Source: Alphaproteobacteria bacterium
GTDB lineage: Bacteria; Pseudomonadota; Alphaproteobacteria; Thalassobaculales; Thalassobaculaceae
Assembly (NCBI GenBank): GCA_013203465.1
Contig: JABMNR010000089.1
Span: 2,487-66,486 of the forward strand
Direction of reading: 5' to 3'
Length of the DNA stretch: 64,000 nucleotides
Position 1 is the stretch's first letter. Each line of letters starts with the position of its first letter. Made by a program: the position numbers and the translations under genes. Below the pieces are notes generated by a model that was not told the DNA's origin, did no database searches, and saw nothing but the letters and a program-made list of their open reading frames with translations. This document shows, in pieces, positions 57,763 to 64,000 of the stretch.

Positions 57763-59616
57763 ATGAGTGGGTCTTCCAAGGGTCGAAATGCGCTGGTTCC
57801 AACCAAGGTTTTAGATGGCGCCGAGCTGATACCGGTTGCCGACGGGCCGACTTCGCCGGATAGGCTGGACTTGCAGCGGGACAGTTTCGCCGCGACCGCG
57901 TTTGGCGACGTCCTCGACCGATCGACGCACGCCGCCGCGGCACGGATCACGGGTGGGCTGTCGCCAAGCGCCTTGATGAGCGGTTATCTTGATTGGTGGG
58001 TTCATCTGGCAACGTCGCCGGGCAAGCAGATCCAGTTGCTCGACAAGGCGGCACGAAAATGGACGCGTCTTACCCGCTATGCCTGTAGTTGCGTGGCATC
58101 AAACACCGAGACTGCCGCGTGCATCGTGCCGTTACCGCAGGACAAACGGTTCCGCGATGCGAGTTGGTCGACGCCACCGTTTAATCTGATGCACCAAGCC
58201 TTTCTGTTGAATCAGCAATGGTGGCACAACGCGACGACCGGGGTTCGAGGCGTCACGCCCCAGCATGAGAGGGCCGCGTCGTTCGTGGCCCGCCAACTGC
58301 TTGATGTGTTCTCACCGGCGAATTTCCCATGGAGCAACCCCGAGGTTCTGGCGCGCACGCAAAAGGAATTGGGCCAAAACTTTGTTCGCGGTCTGCAATA
58401 CGCCGTCGAGGATTGGGAGCGCCGCGCCGCCGATAAGCCGCCCGTCGGCGCCGAGAATTTCAAGGTCGGCGGCAACATCGCCATCTCCCCAGGCAAGGTC
58501 GTCTTCCGTAACGATCTGATCGAGTTGATCCAATACGAGCCGACGACTAAGACAGTCCGCCCGGAACCGGTCCTGATCACGCCCGCGTGGATCATGAAAT
58601 ACTACATCCTGGATTTGAGCCCGGAGAACTCGTTGGTGCGGTTTCTGACCGATCAGGGGTTCACGGTGTTCATGATCTCCTGGAAGAACCCGGACCCGAG
58701 CGACCGGGACAAGGGGATGGAGGATTACCGGCGGTTGGGACCGATGGCTGCCTTGGATGCCGTGGAAGCGATTACCCAGCAGAACCGCGTTCACGCGGTC
58801 GGGTATTGTCTGGGCGGAACGCTGCTATCGATCGCGGCGGCGGCGATGGTTCGGGACGGCGACGACCGACTCGCCTCAATCAGCTATTTCGCCGCGCAAA
58901 GCGATTTCACCGAGGCGGGTGAGCTGACGCTGTTCATTAACGAGAGCGAAATCTCGTTCCTTGAGGACATGATGTGGGAACAAGGTTTCCTCGATACCCA
59001 CCAGATGTTGGGGGCTTTCCAGCTTCTGCGCTCCAACGACTTGCTCTGGTCGCGCAACGTCAAGACCTACATGATGGGCGAGCGCACGCCGATGAACGAT
59101 CTGATGGCGTGGAACGCCGACGCCACGCGCATGCCCTACCGCATGCATTCCGAGTACCTTCGGAAACTGTTCCTGGAGAACCAGCTCGCCACCGGAAAGT
59201 ATGACGTCGACGGCCGCGCGATCGCGTTGTCGGATATTCGGGCCCCGATCTTCGCGGTCGCCACCGAGACCGATCACGTCGCGCCATGGCGTTCGGTCTA
59301 CAAGGTGCATCTGCTGAGCGACACGGAGGTTACCTTCGTGTTGACGAACGGGGGCCACAACGCCGGGGTGATTTCGGAACCGGGCCATCGCAACCGGCAC
59401 TATCGGATCAGGACCACGACGGCCGATCAACAGTATGTCGACCCGGACACCTGGAGCACCTTGGCGACACCTCGCAAAGGATCATGGTGGCCCGAGTGGA
59501 TAGCGTGGCTGACCGGAAAATCCGGTGCTCGGCGGAAGCCGCCGGCGACCGGTGCCGCCGAACGCGGCTACCCGGTGCAAGGCGATGCACCCGGCGGGTA
59601 TGTACGGCTGCGATGA
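57763..59616 (+). CDS. phaC: class I poly(3-hydroxyalkanoate) synthase
   Basis: Track ORF 57745..59616 (TTG). ATG 57763 has GGAGG upstream. Lipase-box GYCLGG, PhaC N-terminal domain pattern (PPFNLMHQAFLLNQQWW). Confidence 0.9.
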   Translation: MSGSSKGRNALVPTKVLDGAELIPVADGPTSPDRLDLQRDSFAATAFGDVLDRSTHAAAARITGGLSPSALMSGYLDWWVHLATSPGKQIQLLDKAARKWTRLTRYACSCVASNTETAACIVPLPQDKRFRDASWSTPPFNLMHQAFLLNQQWWHNATTGVRGVTPQHERAASFVARQLLDVFSPANFPWSNPEVLARTQKELGQNFVRGLQYAVEDWERRAADKPPVGAENFKVGGNIAISPGKVVFRNDLIELIQYEPTTKTVRPEPVLITPAWIMKYYILDLSPENSLVRFLTDQGFTVFMISWKNPDPSDRDKGMEDYRRLGPMAALDAVEAITQQNRVHAVGYCLGGTLLSIAAAAMVRDGDDRLASISYFAAQSDFTEAGELTLFINESEISFLEDMMWEQGFLDTHQMLGAFQLLRSNDLLWSRNVKTYMMGERTPMNDLMAWNADATRMPYRMHSEYLRKLFLENQLATGKYDVDGRAIALSDIRAPIFAVATETDHVAPWRSVYKVHLLSDTEVTFVLTNGGHNAGVISEPGHRNRHYRIRTTTADQQYVDPDTWSTLATPRKGSWWPEWIAWLTGKSGARRKPPATGAAERGYPVQGDAPGGYVRLR

Positions 59617-59676
59617 TGATGGCCAGCGTCTTCAATATCACAACGAACGCACGTCCCCCGAGAAACGGCCTCAATC

Positions 59677-59690
59677 TTGATATTGATCAA
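59677..59690. promoter_or_regulatory. perfect FixK/FNR box TTGAT-ATTG-ATCAA
   Basis: Read directly (cTTGATattgATCAAg, 6-bp arms), 131 nt upstream of ATG 59821. Confidence 0.6.
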
Positions 59691-59820
59691 GGCGACGTGA
59701 CGGTCTCGGCTCCACAGTTCTCGGCAGATGTGCGACCGAATCCCGTTTGTGAGAACCGCCCAGAATGCTTTCTCACCAATCCCAGCGGCCTAAACGATGC
59801 GCCTTGGAGTGACCCGGCGA

Positions 59821-60021
59821 ATGGCAGATGGTGATAAAGACGTGACCGTCGTCAAAGCAGCCCACGTCACCTGCGCCGGGCGCGCCGACGCGCAACACGA
59901 GCCGGTCGATCTGGCACTTGAGATCGGCCAGACCCTCGCCTGCCCGATCTGCGGCTCACGCTATCGCAGGGCCGGCGCTTTCTGGGCCGTCGAGCGGGCA
60001 AACTGGCCGAAACCAGTGTAA
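59821..60021 (+). CDS. small zinc-finger protein (zf-CHCC / NDUFS6-like)
   Basis: Track ORF 59797..60021. Start at MADGDKD. VTCAGRADAQHEPVDLAL...ACPICGSRY fits the C-x-G-x6-H-x-P-V...C-P-x-C pattern. Confidence 0.6.
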   Translation: MADGDKDVTVVKAAHVTCAGRADAQHEPVDLALEIGQTLACPICGSRYRRAGAFWAVERANWPKPV

Positions 60022-60027
60022 GAAAAA

Positions 60028-60052
60028 GGGCTCGCGAACCAGCCGCGAGCCC
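60028..60052 (-). terminator. rho-independent terminator-like hairpin
   Basis: GGGCTCGCG-aaccagc-CGCGAGCCC is a perfect 9-bp stem. On the - strand it is followed by TTTTTCTT, downstream of the fixK-like gene. It may also stop the convergent zinc-finger gene. Confidence 0.65.
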
Positions 60053-60077
60053 TAGGACGATCGACAAGTTGGGGGGG

Positions 60078-60782
60078 CTAAACTAGCCGATCGTGACAAT
60101 AGCCGGCGCAAAACCGATAGCGGTCGGATCGGGGCATATCGATATACTCTTCCTTCCTGAGCGCGCTGAACATGCGGCTTACCGTCTCCATGGTCAGGCC
60201 AAGAAAATCACCGATATCATGGCGCGGCATCGGCAGGCGGATGAAGCCGTCGGCGGCGGCCCGGGCCGTGCCGGCGAAACCTTCCAGGAACCATTGCAGG
60301 CGCTGGAAGGAGTCCATATGCGTCAGCATCACCATGTGCTGCTCGCGCTGCAACAACTCGACGCAAATCAACCGCCTCAGCTCGCCTTGCAAGTCCGGAT
60401 CCCACGACAAGGCGAGCTCGAACTCCATTCGTGGACAGGCGCGCACGACGACGTCGTCGACCGCCTCGGACGAATAACGGAACTCATCCATGGCGGCGAG
60501 GCCGAGCATCTCGCCCGCACCCACGAACTTGAAAATCTGCCGTTGGCCATCTTCCGAGAGCGCGTAGCAGCGCACCACCCCCGAGACGATCTCGAAAATC
60601 GTGTCGGCCGTATCCCCCTCCATGAAGAGGGTTTTCCCCCTTGGGAAGGATGTTTGCGCGGTACGGCGGGCGAACAGTCGCGACAGCGGCGACCGATCGG
60701 CCGCGTCGACCACATCCAATGACGGAACGCGTCCAACCGGGCGAAAAGCGGTTTGTTCGGTGCGTACTGCCAGCTGCGTCAT
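60078..60782 (-). CDS. fixK: Crp/Fnr-family transcriptional regulator, FixK-like (no N-terminal Cys cluster)
   Basis: cNMP-binding-like barrel, C-terminal HTH DIGDFLGLTMETVSRMFSAL with the E--SR recognition motif of FNR/FixK proteins. Adjacent to fixLJ. Confidence 0.8.
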   Translation of the reverse strand: MTQLAVRTEQTAFRPVGRVPSLDVVDAADRSPLSRLFARRTAQTSFPRGKTLFMEGDTADTIFEIVSGVVRCYALSEDGQRQIFKFVGAGEMLGLAAMDEFRYSSEAVDDVVVRACPRMEFELALSWDPDLQGELRRLICVELLQREQHMVMLTHMDSFQRLQWFLEGFAGTARAAADGFIRLPMPRHDIGDFLGLTMETVSRMFSALRKEEYIDMPRSDRYRFCAGYCHDRLV

Positions 60783-60871
60783 GGTCGAGCCCTCCGGTTT
60801 CGCCGCCGAGCCCCTGCTCGACGCCTACGAAGGAGACACCGATTGGTTAACAAACGGGAGTCCGGGAAAAC

Positions 60872-60889
60872 ACGTAAGGGAAATTACGT
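60872..60889. promoter_or_regulatory. inverted repeat ACGTAA-N6-TTACGT upstream of the fixK-like gene
   Basis: Read directly, 90-107 nt upstream of ATG 60782. Candidate FixJ (LuxR-type HTH) operator. Confidence 0.3.
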
Positions 60890-60952
60890 ACCCGCTAACC
60901 GTGTGCGAGCGAACGCTTCGGCGTGGCGGCTTCGCCGGTGGCGCGGCGCATC

Positions 60953-61564
60953 TCAACCCGGATCGATACCCGCTTTCATGGCCATGCGCACAAGGTGGGA
61001 CAGGCTTGCCGCGCCGGTCTTCTCCATGACACGGGAGCGATGGATCTCGACGGTTCGCGGGCTCAACCCGAGGTGCCGGGCGATCAGATTATTCGGATGC
61101 CCCACAACCAACTCGCGCATCACGTCGGTCTCGCGCGGTGTCAGGCGCGCGAACGCCGAGCGGATGACCTGCCCGGCGTCATCGGCCTTCTCGGACTCCG
61201 CCGCGAGTTGGCGAATACGCGCGATCAGCACATCCCCGTCGAACGGCTTTTCCAGGAAATCCGTCGCCCCAACCCGCATCGCCTCGACCGCCATCGGCAC
61301 ATCGCCATGCCCGGTGATGATGATGACCGGGCTTTCCCATCCACGATCACGCGCCTGTTTTAAAATCGAAATGCCATCGATGTCCGGCAGCCGCACGTCG
61401 AGCACGACACAACACGACGCCCCCGGCTTCGCGTGCCGCAGAAAACTCTCCCCGTCGGCAAACCCCTCGGCCCGAAACCCGGACACGTCGAGCAAAACAC
61501 ACAACGATTCGCGGACCGCTTCATCGTCGTCAACGACATAAACCAGCGGCGGAGGTGTGCTCAT
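60953..61564 (-). CDS. fixJ: two-component response regulator FixJ (REC + LuxR-type HTH)
   Basis: VYVVDDDEAVRESL...VVLDVRLPDIDG receiver, C-terminal LTPRETDVMRELVVGHPNNLIARHLGLSPRTVEIHR. 3 nt after fixL. Confidence 0.9.
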   Translation of the reverse strand: MSTPPPLVYVVDDDEAVRESLCVLLDVSGFRAEGFADGESFLRHAKPGASCCVVLDVRLPDIDGISILKQARDRGWESPVIIITGHGDVPMAVEAMRVGATDFLEKPFDGDVLIARIRQLAAESEKADDAGQVIRSAFARLTPRETDVMRELVVGHPNNLIARHLGLSPRTVEIHRSRVMEKTGAASLSHLVRMAMKAGIDPG

Positions 61565-61567
61565 CGG

Positions 61568-62770
61568 TCACTCCCCCCCCGGCAAAGTGAAATGGAATGC
61601 CGCCCCTTCGCCCGGGGTGCTTTCGGCCCAAATCTTGCCGCCGTGAGCCTCGACAATGGTCCGGCAAATCGCCAGCCCAACGCCCAGGCCGGTTTTTTTC
61701 GTCGTGGCCAAGGGGTCGAATAGCCGGTTCGCGATCTCGGGCGCGATGCCGGGTCCGCTATCCCGTACCGACACCCGGACCTGATCGCCGTCATGACCCG
61801 CCGCCGAGATCTGAACCCGTTTGTCCGGATGCGACAGAGCGGTGCTGATGTCGACCGCGGGATGGGTGCCAACGAGCAGCGCGTCGAGGGCATTGCGCAT
61901 CAGGTTCATGATAACCTGTTGGATCTGAATCCGGTCCACGCCGACGGGGGGAAGATTGTCCGCCAATTGAAACGAGACATCCACATCCCTGGGCGTCAAA
62001 CCGCCCAAGCTTAGCCGAACCGCTTCGCGGACGATCCCGTTGATGTCTTCGGGCTGCCGGTCGATCTCGCCACGCTGGGCGAAGCCGCGCATGCGCTTCA
62101 TGATCTCACCGGCGCGCAAGGCCTGCTCCGCCACCTGAGCGAGCATGGCCGACACCTTGGCGGGATCGGCCTTGGTGGGATCGGCGGCTTCCGCGTCGAT
62201 CACCCGCCGCGCCGCCTGCGCGTAGTTCGAAATCGCCGCCAACGGTTGATTCAACTCGTGCGCCAGCGCCGTCGCCAGCTCGCCCATCGTTTGAATTCGG
62301 TTCAAATGCGCCAACTCCCGTTGCAACTGATCCGCCTTGCGCTCCGCCTCGACCCGATCGGTGACGTCGCGGATGAAGCCGGTGAACAACCGATGTTCCC
62401 CCAGAACCAACTCGCCAACCGCCAACTCCGCGCTGAACACCTCGCCGTCCTTGCGACGGGCGTTGATCTCCCGGCCAATCCCGATGATCCGCTTCTCGCC
62501 GGTGCGCAGATAGCGCGCCAGATAGCCGTCATGCCTCTCCTTATCGGGGGACGGCATCAGCATGTTGACGTTCCGGCCGATAACCTCAGCCGCTTGAAAC
62601 CCGAACATCCGCTCCGCCGCCGGGCTGAAGCTCCTTACCAGCCCGTCGACATCAATCGTGATGATCGCGTCCGGCGCTGCGTCGATGATGGATTTCAGCA
62701 GCGAGCCGTCATCGAACTCCTCATCGAACCCCGTCTGGTCAGCAGATGGATCGCTATCGTGACGTGTCAT
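61568..62770 (-). CDS. fixL: oxygen-sensor histidine kinase FixL (soluble, single heme-PAS)
   Basis: Track ORF 61568..62923. Start moved to MTRHDSD (ATG 62770). Heme-PAS signature RHDGYLARYLRTGEKRIIGIGREINARRKDGEVFSAELAVGE. H-box LAHELNQPL, N/G boxes. No TM segment. Confidence 0.9.
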   Translation of the reverse strand: MTRHDSDPSADQTGFDEEFDDGSLLKSIIDAAPDAIITIDVDGLVRSFSPAAERMFGFQAAEVIGRNVNMLMPSPDKERHDGYLARYLRTGEKRIIGIGREINARRKDGEVFSAELAVGELVLGEHRLFTGFIRDVTDRVEAERKADQLQRELAHLNRIQTMGELATALAHELNQPLAAISNYAQAARRVIDAEAADPTKADPAKVSAMLAQVAEQALRAGEIMKRMRGFAQRGEIDRQPEDINGIVREAVRLSLGGLTPRDVDVSFQLADNLPPVGVDRIQIQQVIMNLMRNALDALLVGTHPAVDISTALSHPDKRVQISAAGHDGDQVRVSVRDSGPGIAPEIANRLFDPLATTKKTGLGVGLAICRTIVEAHGGKIWAESTPGEGAAFHFTLPGGE

Positions 62771-63064
62771 TGTTCGGATCCGTGGCAGGCGCGAATGGTT
62801 CTCACTCGCGATCAAATGCAGTGGGGATGGCTCGATCCTAAATGATAGTCGAGAATAGATACACTTGCGACCACGAGCATTGGCTTTGGCATTATCACAA
62901 GAACCTATCGTCTCCTGAGCCAAGGCGGTAGATTTTCCAAATGGTCAAGATGGCGGTGTCACATCTTTGAGCGTGGGTCGGCGTTGAGCCGGGGAGTGGC
63001 TGCAACTCAAGCGACACCGGTGACCACCGCGCTACTCAGCCACGCCACTCCCGGAGACACGATC

Positions 63065-64000
63065 GTGTCCTCTCTCTCCCTGCTCTTTCAGCCACTCGAT
63101 GTCGGCCCGGTAAGGCTTAAAAACCGAATTGTTCACGCTTCGATCCTGACACGATACGTCGTCGACCAACAGGTTACCGATCGCTTTCTGTCCTATCATG
63201 CCAACCGCGCGCGTGGCGGCGCTGCGATGATCGTGACCGAAGCCGTGAACGCCCTGCCGTGGCAACGCAGTCGCGACGGCTATTTGAATGTATATGACGA
63301 CACCGGTCTCGATGGGCTGAAACGGCTGGTTGACACCGTCGCCGCGCACGGCTGTCACCTGCTTGCTCAGCTTCAGGATCGGGGGCGCGGCAACTATTCA
63401 CGCGGTCGCATCGACCGCGCCATGGGGCCGAGCGCGCTGCCGGACGACCTCAGCGGCGCGGTTCCCCATCCACTGTCGATCAGCCAGATCGAAGACATGG
63501 TGGCCGCGTTTGCCGCCGCCGCCCGCCGACTACAATCCGCCGGGTTCGCTGGCGTGGAGATTTCCGCCGGCCACGGCCATCTGTTCCACCAGTTCCTGTC
63601 ACCGCACAGCAACCGCCGGGATGACCGCTACGGCGGGGAGCTCGCTGGACGGACGCGGCTGATCCACGAGGTTATCGAGGCGGTGCACGCGGAATGTGGG
63701 CCTGGGTTCTTGATCGGGCTGAAACTGCCCGGTGACGACGGCATGCCGAACGGCATCGACCCACCGATGGCGGCGCGGATCACCGAGGCCCTGGCCCGGC
63801 CGGATCGTGTCGACTACGTCGCCTTCACCTGGGGCAGCCAATCGGAAACGTTGCACTGGCACGTGCCCGACGGCCATTGGCCGCGCCTGCCGTTCGCCGA
63901 TCGGACGGCGGCGCTCCGTCGTCATGCCAACGGTCTGCCGGTCATGGCACTCGGCCTAGTCGTCGACCCGAACGAGGCGGAAGCCCTCCTCGCGCGGGGC
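63065..64000 (+). CDS. NADH:flavin oxidoreductase (Old Yellow Enzyme / 2,4-dienoyl-CoA reductase family), runs off the right edge
   Basis: Not in the ORF track because it has no stop in the window. My own translation from GTG 63065 (GGAGA 7 nt upstream) reads SSLSLLFQPLDVGPVRLKNRIVHAS...GVEISAGHGHLFHQFLSPHSNRRDDRYGGELAGRTRLIHEVIEAV. Confidence 0.8.
   Translation, partial: MSSLSLLFQPLDVGPVRLKNRIVHASILTRYVVDQQVTDRFLSYHANRARGGAAMIVTEAVNALPWQRSRDGYLNVYDDTGLDGLKRLVDTVAAHGCHLLAQLQDRGRGNYSRGRIDRAMGPSALPDDLSGAVPHPLSISQIEDMVAAFAAAARRLQSAGFAGVEISAGHGHLFHQFLSPHSNRRDDRYGGELAGRTRLIHEVIEAVHAECGPGFLIGLKLPGDDGMPNGIDPPMAARITEALARPDRVDYVAFTWGSQSETLHWHVPDGHWPRLPFADRTAALRRHANGLPVMALGLVVDPNEAEALLARG

Overview
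High-GC, alphaproteobacterium-like chromosomal window with about 60 protein-coding genes. I recognised no rRNA, tRNA or CRISPR array. All calls come from reading the translated ORFs and the DNA by eye; no database search was run. Left to right: (1) a transposase start at the left edge; (2) aromatic ring-cleavage genes (pcaB-like cycloisomerase, intradiol dioxygenase) and putA; (3) a PLP trans-sulfuration enzyme; (4) several regulator-linked small operons (XRE-cupin, LysR, Irr-like Fur, REC-GGDEF); (5) a redox-enzyme island at about 20.9-33.4 kb; (6) a lower-GC TRAP transporter module headed by a decayed formylglutamate-amidohydrolase-like pseudogene; (7) universal stress proteins; (8) an acyl-CoA ligase/aminotransferase pair; (9) a 2-oxoacid dehydrogenase E1a-E1b-E2 plus amino-acid dehydrogenase operon; (10) ftsH; (11) a complete N-ATPase operon (atpDCQRBEFAG order, Na+-type c subunit); (12) phaC; (13) a fixL-fixJ-fixK oxygen-sensing module. 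The redox island holds two different Rieske-domain fusion enzymes flanking an ECF sigma / soluble zinc anti-sigma pair. These are followed by radical SAM, HD-domain (PhnZ-like), flavin monooxygenase, NIPSNAP, LLM oxidoreductase, MFS, cupin and PAT-like GNAT genes, and the island ends at an IS remnant. FNR/FixK-type boxes (TTGAT-N4-ATCAA and variants) sit upstream of several nearby genes, which suggests a local low-oxygen regulon. The most novel-looking content is the Rieske-fusion/ECF/radical-SAM/HD island: I can assign folds there but no pathway.
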